From Myxococcota bacterium (GTDB lineage: Bacteria > Myxococcota_A > UBA9160 > UBA4427): a stretch of DNA of 64,000 nt. Position 1 is the first letter of the stretch; every line of letters starts with the position of its first letter. The DNA lies in NCBI GenBank assembly GCA_965250285.1, contig OZ252299.1, positions 224,001 through 288,000 on the forward strand, read 5' to 3'. The notes below the pieces were generated by a model. That model saw nothing but the letters and a program-made list of their open reading frames with translations. It did not search any database and had not been told where the DNA came from. Positions 9,518 through 18,218 of this stretch are shown here, piece after piece. The position numbers and the translations under genes are program-made.

Positions 9518-9694
9518 GAGGCGGCCTCCCGCCGGCTGCGGATGCCGCACCCGTCGAGCCCCACCGCCACTGCGTGGGCGCGACGGCGCAGGGCGTGGGC
9601 GGGATCCGTCGTGTGCGGGGGTTTCGCAGCGATCTGAGGAGGCTCCCGGCGGTGAATTGGACCGCCTCTCGAGCGTGCAAGCGGCGCCAGAAAA

Positions 9695-9709
9695 TGGCGA
9701 TGCCGTTGC
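9695..9709 (+). promoter_or_regulatory. Sigma-54 -24/-12 promoter-like element
   Basis: TGGCGATGCCGTTGC with exact GG-N10-GC spacing, in an AT-richer intergenic patch. Confidence 0.45.
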
Positions 9710-9720
9710 GAATTCGCAAC
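9705..9720. promoter_or_regulatory. Perfect 16-bp palindrome (candidate operator)
   Basis: GTTGCGAATTCGCAAC is its own reverse complement and overlaps the putative -12 element. Confidence 0.5.
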
Positions 9721-9728
9721 TTATGATT

Positions 9729-9741
9729 CAACACGTTGATT
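9729..9741 (-). promoter_or_regulatory. IHF-binding-site-like sequence
   Basis: Minus strand AATCAACGTGTTG matches the WATCAANNNNTTR consensus exactly. Confidence 0.5.
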
Positions 9742-10082
9742 CCAAACACACTTCTGCCAAAATGGGGGGGTCGAGGCAACCCGTTCTGGGGGGCGCCTGT
9801 CGTCGTCTCGCGATGTCGGCTCGAACTCGGGTTCGAATCGCACCCGCATCGCGAGGAGATACGACCGACGAAACGACCGAGCGGCGGGTCGTTTGAATCG
9901 GTCTGGCAGAGCCGGCGGTGCGCGTCGACACCATAGGAGCAGGGAGCCATGGGCTCCCCGACGGTGGCTCCGCGCGACCGTCGGCCGACTTCGTCTCGCC
10001 CATCGCCCTCGCCCGGGCGATCTCACGGGTAACGAGAGAAGTCGGCGCGCCATACCCCCCGCCGAAGCCCGATCGAGGGGCC

Positions 10083-12608
10083 ATGCTGGACCGGTCCGAC
10101 CGGATCGCTGACGACGCGTTGCGCGGGCTTCACCCCTCGGCGATCCGAGGGGACGAGGCCGTTCGCGGCGTGCTCGAGCGCGCCCGCCTGGCCGGCGCGA
10201 TCTTTCACCGAGGCCTCAACGCCCGGGTCGACCTCGAGACGGCCGAGCTGCTCGGGCTCGCCGGCGATCGACTGGTGCTCCGAACCCACGGCTTCGACCG
10301 GCGCCCGCGCCGTCAGGTCTTTCTGAACTTCGAGCTCGACGGGCGCCCCTACTTCTTCGCGACCGAGCCGCTCGAGTCGGTCGATGCCGGACGACTCGTC
10401 GTCGCGATGCCGAGCGCGATCTATTTCACCGAGCGCCGCGATCGTCACCGCGCTGCGCCGATCCCCGATCGCGGTGATCCGAGCCGGGTCGAGCTGAGTG
10501 CGCATGGGGATGCCTGGGTCGAGGCGCGCGTCGCCGACATCTCCGCCGGTGGACTCGGGCTCGAGGTCGAGAGCGACGGCCCGCTGAACGGCACCGGTGT
10601 GGCGGGCCAGGACGACGTCGCGATTCGCTTCGTCGACGGTCGACGTGCGGGCGAGTGGACCCGCGCGCGTGTCCGCAACCGCGGCGCCGACGAGCATCGG
10701 CCGGGCTGGACGCGCATCGGCCTGACCGAGGGCGCGGCGCGCGCGACACAGCTGATCGCGGTCGATCGACGCAGCGACGTCGTCGGCGGGCTCGAGGCGG
10801 CCGAGCCGGCGCGACACGGCGCCGACGAAGTCACCACGCGCATCGCCAGCCCCGAGATCGAGGTTGCCCGCTTCCTCGAAGCCGGCGGCCGCGAGATCGT
10901 GGCCCTGGTCGATTCGACGGGCCCGCGCGCGGGCGGTACGGCCGTGATCCTGCAGAACGGGTGGGGGCAGACCAAGGAGGCGCTGCTGCCCCTCGCCCGC
11001 ACCCTCGTCACGACCTTCGGCGCCCACGATGAGCCGCTCACGGTGCTGCGATTCGATGGCGTCCAGAAGCGCGGCGAGAGCGAGAAGGATGCGCCGAGTC
11101 GGATCCCCGGCCGCGAGTGCCACCGCTTCGTGTTCTCGCAGGGGGTGGCCGACCTTCAGGCGTGTGTCGACTACCTCCAGGCCGACCCCGATCGACGACC
11201 CGACCGAATCTTCGTCGTGAGCTTCAGCGCCGGTGCGATCGAGGCCCGCAAGGCGGTCGCGCTCGACCGCGGCGCGCGCATCGACGGCTGGATCAGCGTG
11301 GTGGGGGCGCCCGACCTGCAGTCGATGACCCGCAGCATCTCGGGCGGCGTCGACTTCGTCGCGGGCTTCGAGCGCGGCCTGCGCTTCGGCCGCCAGGAGC
11401 TGCTCGGCGTCGAGGTCGACATCGACCTGCTGGCGCCCGACGCCGCCGAGCTCGGCGTGCTCCACATCGAAGATGCCCGGGCCGATCTCGCGTCGATCGG
11501 CGTGCCGATCGTGTGGATCCACGGCCAGCACGACGCATGGATCAGCCTCGACCGGGTCCGCGACGTGCTCTCGTACGGCGACACGTCACGGCGCAAGCTG
11601 ATGCTGTTGCCCATCGCCCATCGCCTCGAGACCAGTCGACAGGCGAGTGAGACCTTCCGGCTGATCGCCCACGAGCTCGCGGCGATGTCGCTCGGGCGCA
11701 GCCTCGAGCCCGTTGCGCCCGAAGCGCGCGACGTGCGCGCGAGACGGCGCGTCGAACGCACGCGTCGTCCGCGCCCGGGCACCGATCTGCGCGCGTTCTG
11801 GAAGGACTATCTGGTCGGGCGAGACGGCTCGGTCGGGATCGAGCTGATGACCGCGTGCAGCGACTATCGCCTGCTGATGGCCGAGCAGATCGATGCGCTC
11901 GAGCTGCAGGGGGGCGAGCGGATCGCCGATCTCGGCTGCGGCACGGGTTCCCTCGTGATGGAGCTGGCGCGTCGGGCCGATCGACCCGAAGGCCTGCACG
12001 TCTTCGGCTTCGACTACGTGCGAGACGCGCTCGCGCGGGGCCGGGCGCGCTTCGATGCGACGGGCCCGCACGGAGATCTGAGGCTGAACCTCACCGAAGC
12101 CAACCTCGACGTCGGCGCGGGGCCGCTCGGCGTGCCGGCCCCGACCGGCGCCTTCGACTGCGTGATGGCGTCGCTGCTGCTCAGCTACGTCGAGCGGCCG
12201 GCCGTGCTGCTCGACGAGATGCTGCGCATCCTGCGCCCGGGCGGCACGCTCGTGCTCTCTTCGCTGCGGCGCGACGCCGACATCTCGCGGCTCTACGTCG
12301 AGAGCCTGGCCGAGATGCAGGTGGGCGATGCCGCCGCCGCGCTGCCCGAGCTCGGTGCGGTCGGGCTCGACCGGGTCGCGCGCAACTTCCTGAACGACGC
12401 CGCCCGGATCCTCGAGTTCGAGGAGCAGGGGGCCTTCGCTTTCTGGGAGCCCGACGAGCTCGTCGACATGCTCGCCCGAGCCGGGTTCCGAGACGTCGAG
12501 ACCCGCCTCGCGTTCGGGACGCCCGCCCAGGCGGTCGTGGTGCGCGCGCAGCGCCCGGCGGCCGTGCTGGTGCGCCCAGCGACGAGCGAGCGCGCCTACG
12601 GCACCTGA
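10083..12608 (+). CDS. Fusion protein: YcgR-like PilZN/PilZ + LuxD-like alpha/beta-hydrolase (acyl-thioesterase) + class I SAM methyltransferase
   Basis: PilZ RxxxR (ERRDRHR) and DISAGG; hydrolase RFDG..RGES, FSAGA, HDAW, IAHRL; methyltransferase IADLGCGTG and LRPGG; ORF open from 9918, likely ATG at 10083. Confidence 0.75.
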   Translation: MLDRSDRIADDALRGLHPSAIRGDEAVRGVLERARLAGAIFHRGLNARVDLETAELLGLAGDRLVLRTHGFDRRPRRQVFLNFELDGRPYFFATEPLESVDAGRLVVAMPSAIYFTERRDRHRAAPIPDRGDPSRVELSAHGDAWVEARVADISAGGLGLEVESDGPLNGTGVAGQDDVAIRFVDGRRAGEWTRARVRNRGADEHRPGWTRIGLTEGAARATQLIAVDRRSDVVGGLEAAEPARHGADEVTTRIASPEIEVARFLEAGGREIVALVDSTGPRAGGTAVILQNGWGQTKEALLPLARTLVTTFGAHDEPLTVLRFDGVQKRGESEKDAPSRIPGRECHRFVFSQGVADLQACVDYLQADPDRRPDRIFVVSFSAGAIEARKAVALDRGARIDGWISVVGAPDLQSMTRSISGGVDFVAGFERGLRFGRQELLGVEVDIDLLAPDAAELGVLHIEDARADLASIGVPIVWIHGQHDAWISLDRVRDVLSYGDTSRRKLMLLPIAHRLETSRQASETFRLIAHELAAMSLGRSLEPVAPEARDVRARRRVERTRRPRPGTDLRAFWKDYLVGRDGSVGIELMTACSDYRLLMAEQIDALELQGGERIADLGCGTGSLVMELARRADRPEGLHVFGFDYVRDALARGRARFDATGPHGDLRLNLTEANLDVGAGPLGVPAPTGAFDCVMASLLLSYVERPAVLLDEMLRILRPGGTLVLSSLRRDADISRLYVESLAEMQVGDAAAALPELGAVGLDRVARNFLNDAARILEFEEQGAFAFWEPDELVDMLARAGFRDVETRLAFGTPAQAVVVRAQRPAAVLVRPATSERAYGT

Positions 12609-12664
12609 GCGGGGCCGACCGCGGCACACGGGCGCGCCTTTGCGGGCCAAGCCCCCGAATTTCA

Positions 12665-12692
12665 TCAAGATTCACTCGTCGAAGGCCGATGC
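12665..12692 (+). promoter_or_regulatory. Sigma-28 (FliA)-like promoter
   Basis: TCAAG-N15-GCCGATGC; GCCGAT ends 9 nt before the ATG at 12700. Confidence 0.5.
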
Positions 12693-12699
12693 GCCGGGC

Positions 12700-15435
12700 A
12701 TGCCGGACCGCACCCGCGACGAGGCCACCCAGCGCCGCGCGCTGTATCGCGAATTTCGCGAGATGACCGAGGGCAAGCCCCTCGTCGACTCGCTGCGCAA
12801 CGCCGCCCTGATCTTCGGTGCCCTGCAGACGATCTTCTTCATCCCGGCCGACTGGCTGCTCTTTCCGGATCAGTTCTCGTTCTTCCTCAAGGCGCGCCTC
12901 GCCGAGAATGCGCTGCTCGCGCTCGTCTACTTTCAGATCGCGAAGCGGGCGCCGGTCGCCGGCGCCGCGCTGGTCATGTGGTCGGGCGCGGCGCTCTTCC
13001 TCGCGATGGTGCACGCCACCGGGGGCGTCGAGAGCGGCTACTACGTCGGGCTGATCCTGATCGTCATCGGCATGGGGGTGCTCGCGCCGATCTCGGCGAC
13101 CCAGGCGAGCTGGATCAACGGGCTGATCTTCGCCGGCTACACCGCCGTGCCCTTCATCAGTCACGGCACGAGCGAGCCGATCGCCTGGCCGACCTTCGCG
13201 ATGCACGCGTTCTTTCTCGTCACGGCGTGCTTCGAGTCGATTCTCGCGTGCTTCCACATGGACCGCATGCGTTTTCAGGACTTCCTGCAGAAGCGCGAGA
13301 TCGAGCGTGCGCGGGACGAGCTCGCCGAGCTCGACCGGGCCAAGTCGCGCTTCTCGGCGAACGTGCACCACGAGCTGCGCACGCCGCTCACGCTGATCCT
13401 CGCGCCCCTCGATGCCCTGCGAGGCCGCGAGTTCGGTGAACTCTCCCGGGACGTGCGGCACGTGCTCGACACGATGCACGCGAACGGCCGCCGTCTCTAC
13501 AAGATGATCAACAACCTGCTCGACCTCTCGAAGCTCGAGAGTGACCAGCTCGAGGTCGTTCGGCGGCCGACGCATGTGGGTCGGTTGATTTCCGAGCTGG
13601 TCACCGCCGCGCAACCGCTCGCCGAGCGCAAGGGCGTCACGCTCGAGATCGCTGGCTTCGACGACGCACCCGAGCTGAACGTCGATCCCGAGGCGATCGA
13701 GAAGGTCTTCGTGAACCTCGTCGGCAACTCGCTGAAGTTCACCGAGCCGGGCGACCGCGTGCGCGTCGAAGCCGAGCGCATCGACGATGGCCTCGAGATC
13801 CGCGTGGTCGATACCGGCATCGGGATCCCACACGAGAAGGTCGACTCGATCTTCGACCGATTTGCCCAGGTCGACGGGTCGGTGACGCGCCGACACGAGG
13901 GCACCGGCATCGGTCTGGCCATCGCGCGCGAGATGGTCGAGCTGCACGGCGGTCGCATCGTCGCCGAAAGCGCGGGGCTCGGCGAGGGCACCACCGTGCG
14001 GGTCTGGCTGCCGCCCGGCCAATGCGACGCGAACGCCGAAGACGAGGTGCTGCAGACCGACAGCGGTTCGGTGCTCGGTCTCTCGCACTCGATCGAAGCG
14101 GTCGAAGCCGACCTCATGCTCGAGGCCGATGAAGCCGCCGCACACGGCGACGGCGCCGATCCGCGTCTCGATGACGTGGAGCGCACGGTCGAGCGCTACG
14201 AAGACGCCGAGATGGTGGCCGCACGCGGCGGCGTGAAGGGGCCCTCGGGCGAGGTCGCCGAGGTGTTGATCGCCGAGGACAACCCCGACATGCGGGCGCT
14301 GCTCGCGACGCTGGTGGGGCGGCACTACCGCGTGCGAGCTGCCCGGAACGGGCGCGAGGCGCTCGAGATGGCGCGCGAGCAGGCGCCCGATCTCGTCCTG
14401 TCCGACGTGATGATGCCCGAGATGTCGGGCACCGAGCTGTGCCAGGCGATCAAGTCGGATCCGTCGCTCGAGAATCTGCCCGTCGTGCTCGTGACCTCGA
14501 AGGCCGAAGACGAGATGAAGATCGAGGGGCTCGAGCTCGGTGCAGACGACTACGTCACCAAGCCGTTCCACCCGCGTGAGCTGCTCGCGCGCATCCACTC
14601 GCTCGTCCGCGTCAGCACGCTGCAGCGCGCGCTCGAGGGTCGCAACGATCAGCTCGAACGCACGCTCTCGGAGCTCAAGGAAGCCCAGGTCCAGCTCGTG
14701 AAGAGCGAGCGCCTCGCCGCCGTCGGTGAGCTGGCAGCGGGGATCGCCCACGAGGTCAACAACCCGGTCAACTTTGCCCTCAACGCAGCGCGGGCCATGC
14801 AGCTCTCGGTGGAAGAGCTCGATGACCTGGCCGAGTCGGACGGTGAGACCGCCAAGGAGCTGGCCGAAGCACAGGAGGTCGCCGAGACGATCCGCGAGCT
14901 GTCGGGGATCGTGAGTGAGGGGCTCAACCGCACGTCGGTGCTCGTCGCCGATCTGCGCGACTTCGCGTCGGGCAACCAGGGCAAGGCGCGCTCGACCGTC
15001 TCGCTCGAACGCGGCGTGCAATCGACCCTTCACCTGCTCGGTCGGGCCGCGTCCGATGCGGGCGTCGCGCTGGTGCCCGAGATTCAGGAGGGCGTGGCCT
15101 TCGTCGAGGGCGACGCCGGGGCGCTCAACCAGGTGATGCTGAACCTGGTGAAGAACGCGATCCAGGCGGTCGGCGAGGGCGGGCACATCGAGGTCGCGCT
15201 CTCGGGCGACGACGAGACCGTGCGGTTCACGGTGCGCGACGACGGGCCTGGCATCGACGAAGAGACGAGCCTTCGGCTCTTCGAGCCCTTCTTTACCACC
15301 AAGGCGCCGGGCGAGGGGACGGGTCTCGGTCTCTCGATCAGCCGGCAGATCGCGCGCGATCACGGCGGCGATCTCGACGTCGAGAGCACGCCCGGCGAAG
15401 GCGCGACCTTCACGCTGACCTTGCCGGCCATCTGA
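12700..15435 (+). CDS. Membrane-bound double hybrid histidine kinase (about 5-6 TM + HisKA/HATPase + REC + second HisKA/HATPase)
   Basis: H-box HELRTPL, NLVGNSLKF, DTGIG, GTGIGL; REC (EDN, SDVMMP, KPF); second H-box HEVNNP, NLVKNA, DDGPG, FEPFFTTK, GTGLGL. Confidence 0.92.
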   Translation: MPDRTRDEATQRRALYREFREMTEGKPLVDSLRNAALIFGALQTIFFIPADWLLFPDQFSFFLKARLAENALLALVYFQIAKRAPVAGAALVMWSGAALFLAMVHATGGVESGYYVGLILIVIGMGVLAPISATQASWINGLIFAGYTAVPFISHGTSEPIAWPTFAMHAFFLVTACFESILACFHMDRMRFQDFLQKREIERARDELAELDRAKSRFSANVHHELRTPLTLILAPLDALRGREFGELSRDVRHVLDTMHANGRRLYKMINNLLDLSKLESDQLEVVRRPTHVGRLISELVTAAQPLAERKGVTLEIAGFDDAPELNVDPEAIEKVFVNLVGNSLKFTEPGDRVRVEAERIDDGLEIRVVDTGIGIPHEKVDSIFDRFAQVDGSVTRRHEGTGIGLAIAREMVELHGGRIVAESAGLGEGTTVRVWLPPGQCDANAEDEVLQTDSGSVLGLSHSIEAVEADLMLEADEAAAHGDGADPRLDDVERTVERYEDAEMVAARGGVKGPSGEVAEVLIAEDNPDMRALLATLVGRHYRVRAARNGREALEMAREQAPDLVLSDVMMPEMSGTELCQAIKSDPSLENLPVVLVTSKAEDEMKIEGLELGADDYVTKPFHPRELLARIHSLVRVSTLQRALEGRNDQLERTLSELKEAQVQLVKSERLAAVGELAAGIAHEVNNPVNFALNAARAMQLSVEELDDLAESDGETAKELAEAQEVAETIRELSGIVSEGLNRTSVLVADLRDFASGNQGKARSTVSLERGVQSTLHLLGRAASDAGVALVPEIQEGVAFVEGDAGALNQVMLNLVKNAIQAVGEGGHIEVALSGDDETVRFTVRDDGPGIDEETSLRLFEPFFTTKAPGEGTGLGLSISRQIARDHGGDLDVESTPGEGATFTLTLPAI

Positions 15436-15492
15436 CCCGACTGCGACGGACGAGGCGCCGGCGACGCATCGACCGCACGCGGTGTCGCCCGC

Positions 15493-15498
15493 TACGCT
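15493..15498 (+). promoter_or_regulatory. -10 box of a probable leaderless transcript
   Basis: TACGCT followed 6 nt later by the ATG at 15505; no Shine-Dalgarno. Confidence 0.45.
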
Positions 15499-15504
15499 TG
15501 CGGC

Positions 15505-16560
15505 ATGGCAGCGAAGAAGAAGAGCACCAAGAAGGCTTCGAAGAAGAAGGCGGCGAAGAAGAAGGCCGCGCGAAAGAAGACCGCGCGTCAGAAGACGGCG
15601 GCGCGCAAGAAGCTCGCCATCGCCAAGACGAGCAAGGGCCTCGCGCCGGGCGATCTCTCGCTCGGCGTCGAAGCGCCCGAGCTGGCGGGGCTGGTCAGCG
15701 AGATCGTCGGCCACGGCGGCGAGGCGCTGGGCGCGTACCGCGAGCCGCTCTCGGGTCGGCCGATGCTGCTCGCGGCGCTGCCGATCAAGTCGGTCGAGCC
15801 CACGCCGTTTCAGCGCGACCTGTCACCCACCCACACGAAGCGACTCGCGCAGAAGATCGAAGAGAGCGGATCGTTCCTCGACCCGATCATCGTGGTGCGC
15901 GGCGAAGACGGCCGTCTCTGGACGCCCAACGGTCGCCATCGTCTCGCGTCGGCGAAGGTGATCGGCCTGCAGTCGATCACCGCGCTCGTCTCGCCCGACG
16001 AAGACCTCGCCTTTCGCATTCTGGCGCTCAACACCGAGAAGGCGCACAACTTGAAGGACCGCAGCCTCGAGGTGATCCGGATGGCGCAGGAGCTCGCGCG
16101 CCGCCGGCCGCGCTCGCGCGAGACCGACTTTGCCGCCGAGTTCGAGGCGCCCGAGCTGCTGACGCTCGGCCTGATCTATCTCGAGAACGGCCGCTTCGCC
16201 GGCGGCGCCTACAGCCCGTTCCTGAAAAAGGTCGATCGCTTTCACACGAAGACGCTGCCGGCGAGCCTAAAGGAGCGCGAGGGCTACGCCGCGCGGCTGG
16301 TCGAGATCGACGGCGAGGTGAAGCGCATCATCGCCGAGCTGCAGGAGCGCGGGTTCAAATCGCCCTATCTGCGCAACTACGTCGTCGCGCGGATCAACCC
16401 GGTCCGCTTCCACCGGGCCAAGAAGGGCGAGACCGAGCCGCCGATGGCGATGAAGGCGGCGCTGATTCGCATGGCCGCGTCGGCGAAGAAGTTCGACGTC
16501 GCCGGCGTTCGCGAGCGCGATCTCGCGCTCGTGTCGGCCGCCGTGGGCGGGAGCGACTGA
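15505..16560 (+). CDS. ParB/Srx N-terminal-domain protein with a Lys/Ala-rich histone-like N-terminal tail
   Basis: PTPFQR, FLDPIIV, NGRHRL (GxxR), LALNTE; N-terminus AAKKKSTKKASKKKAAKKKAARKK. Confidence 0.75.
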   Translation: MAAKKKSTKKASKKKAAKKKAARKKTARQKTAARKKLAIAKTSKGLAPGDLSLGVEAPELAGLVSEIVGHGGEALGAYREPLSGRPMLLAALPIKSVEPTPFQRDLSPTHTKRLAQKIEESGSFLDPIIVVRGEDGRLWTPNGRHRLASAKVIGLQSITALVSPDEDLAFRILALNTEKAHNLKDRSLEVIRMAQELARRRPRSRETDFAAEFEAPELLTLGLIYLENGRFAGGAYSPFLKKVDRFHTKTLPASLKEREGYAARLVEIDGEVKRIIAELQERGFKSPYLRNYVVARINPVRFHRAKKGETEPPMAMKAALIRMAASAKKFDVAGVRERDLALVSAAVGGSD

Positions 16561-16564
16561 AGGC

Positions 16565-17077
16565 GTGTCGCCGCTGCGACTCAGCGTGATCCGCCACGCG
16601 AAGTCGAGCTGGAGCGACCCCGAGCTCGCCGATCACGATCGTCCGCTCAACAAGCGCGGACGTCGCGATGCACCCCGGATGGGTGAGCGCCTGCACGCTC
16701 GCGGATTCGCGCCCGACATCATCTTCACCAGCACGGCGCTGCGCGCACGGCTCACCGCCGACGCGATCGTTTCGGCCTGCGGGCTCGAATCGCGGGTGCG
16801 GGCACGGCGGGCGCTCTATCACGCCGAACCCGAAGAGATCCTCGACGTCGTCGAGGCGGGCGCAGCCGCGGCGGGGTCGCGACACGTCGCGATCGTCGGG
16901 CACAACCCCGGCTGCACCGAGCTCGTGGTGTGGCTCACGGGTGCCGACCTCGACAACCTGCCGACGTGTGGGGTGGCGACGGTGCGCATCGACGGCGAGC
17001 GCTACGCCGATGCGCGCAGAGGCGCGGGGCACCTCGAATCACTCGAGACGCCGAAGAACGATCCGCAACGCGCCTGA
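16565..17077 (+). CDS. sixA: SixA-like histidine phosphatase superfamily protein
   Basis: IRHAKS, DHDRPLNKRG, STALRARLTA, VGHNPG. Confidence 0.85.
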   Translation: MSPLRLSVIRHAKSSWSDPELADHDRPLNKRGRRDAPRMGERLHARGFAPDIIFTSTALRARLTADAIVSACGLESRVRARRALYHAEPEEILDVVEAGAAAAGSRHVAIVGHNPGCTELVVWLTGADLDNLPTCGVATVRIDGERYADARRGAGHLESLETPKNDPQRA

Positions 17078-17093
17078 TGCGGGCGCGGTGAGA

Positions 17094-18218
17094 TCAGTCC
17101 TGGATGAAGCCGTAGAGCCGACCCGCGGTCTCGCAGAAGATCTTGCGGCGCTTCTCGGCCGACACGCCCTGGGCCATCGAGTTGATCAGGTAGCGCGAGT
17201 GCGGCCAGTCGGTGATGTGGTGCGGAAAATCGCTGCACCACATCATCGAGTCGACACCGACCGCGTCGCAGTTCTGGATGCCGAACTGGTCGTTCACGAC
17301 GCCGACCTTGCAGTTGCGCTCGTAGTACTCGCTCGGGAGCATGCTGAGGTTGACCTCGCACCAGTACCGGTTGCGCTTGTAGCGGTCGTCGATCTCCTGC
17401 TTGAAGAACGGCACCCAGCCGGCGCCGACCTCGCCGCCCACGACCGTCAAGCCGGGATAGCGCTCGAACACCTCGTTGAAGATCAGCTCGGCGAAGAGCG
17501 TGGGCATGCGGCTCATGGTCGTCGCGAACATCACGAGCTGCGGTGCGCCGCCCTTCTTGGCGGCGACGCGCTTCGTCTGATGCGTGGGGGGCGTGAGGCC
17601 GATGTGCACGTGGATCGGCATCTGCAGCTCTTCGGCGACCGCCCAGAATGCATCGTCTTCGCGCGAGAGCAGCGCTTCGCCCGAGGGCCAGGTGCCGAGG
17701 CCGACGCCGACCGCACCGTTCGCCTTCGCCCGGCGGAGCTCGGTGACGCAGTCTTCGACGCCCGTGGCCGGCATCTGGTAGATCGCGCCGAGCTGCTCGG
17801 GACGGTGGTTCGTCCAGTCGGTGATGAAGTCGTTGTACGCGCGCATGCCGGCGTACGAGAACTCGGTGTCTTCGAGCTTCTGCTGGATGAAGTAGATCAT
17901 CGTGCGCTGGGGCGGGAAGAAGACCGCGGCATCGACGCCGTCCTGGGCCATCAGCTCGAGGCGCGCCTTCGGATCCATGATGCCCGGGTGCATGTCCTCG
18001 TAGCGGACACCCGTCCACTTGAGCGTGCGCGGCGTCTGATTCATTGCGGCCACGAGACCGAGCGACTCGACCGCGCCGCCGAGATTCCACGCGTCGCCGC
18101 CGTCCTCGTCCTTCACGAGCTTCGGCGCCTTCGCCTTGAACTTCGACGGGATGTACTTCTCCCACATGTCCGGGGGTTCGATGACGTGCTGGTCGCAGTC
18201 GATGATCCGGTAGTCCAT
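17094..18218 (-). CDS. Amidohydrolase family protein (Amidohydro_2)
   Basis: IIDCDQH, HVH, GEVGAGW, SDFPH; start MDYRIID at 18218 with GGAG upstream. Confidence 0.85.
   Translation of the reverse strand: MDYRIIDCDQHVIEPPDMWEKYIPSKFKAKAPKLVKDEDGGDAWNLGGAVESLGLVAAMNQTPRTLKWTGVRYEDMHPGIMDPKARLELMAQDGVDAAVFFPPQRTMIYFIQQKLEDTEFSYAGMRAYNDFITDWTNHRPEQLGAIYQMPATGVEDCVTELRRAKANGAVGVGLGTWPSGEALLSREDDAFWAVAEELQMPIHVHIGLTPPTHQTKRVAAKKGGAPQLVMFATTMSRMPTLFAELIFNEVFERYPGLTVVGGEVGAGWVPFFKQEIDDRYKRNRYWCEVNLSMLPSEYYERNCKVGVVNDQFGIQNCDAVGVDSMMWCSDFPHHITDWPHSRYLINSMAQGVSAEKRRKIFCETAGRLYGFIQD

Noticed and set aside
9676..9689. Minus-strand TGGCGCCGCTTGCA as a sigma-54 promoter for MMPL
   Set aside because: GG-to-GC spacing is 8 nt rather than the strictly required 10.
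9772..9810. GGCAACCC...GGGCGC resembling part of a c-di-GMP-I riboswitch upstream of the PilZ gene
   Set aside because: It lacks the GNRA tetraloop, the GCAAA junction and the second stem; not supportable without an Infernal search.
10083..12608. Bioluminescence (lux) operon, suggested by the LuxD-like domain and luciferase-like genes
   Set aside because: No luxC or luxE; the LLM genes are distant and belong to non-luciferase subfamilies.
12181..15714. 1177-aa minus-strand ORF, and similar long ORFs such as 26487-30215, 7185-9950, 18452-20857, 602-2590 and 153-2300
   Set aside because: These are antisense or alternate-frame shadows of well-supported genes; they are low-complexity Arg/Gly/Ala-rich with no motifs, as expected from stop-codon scarcity at high GC.
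15505..16560. Canonical chromosome-partitioning parB, or a plasmid/prophage marker
   Set aside because: No parA, no parS palindrome seen, no clear HTH, and no mobile-element genes nearby.
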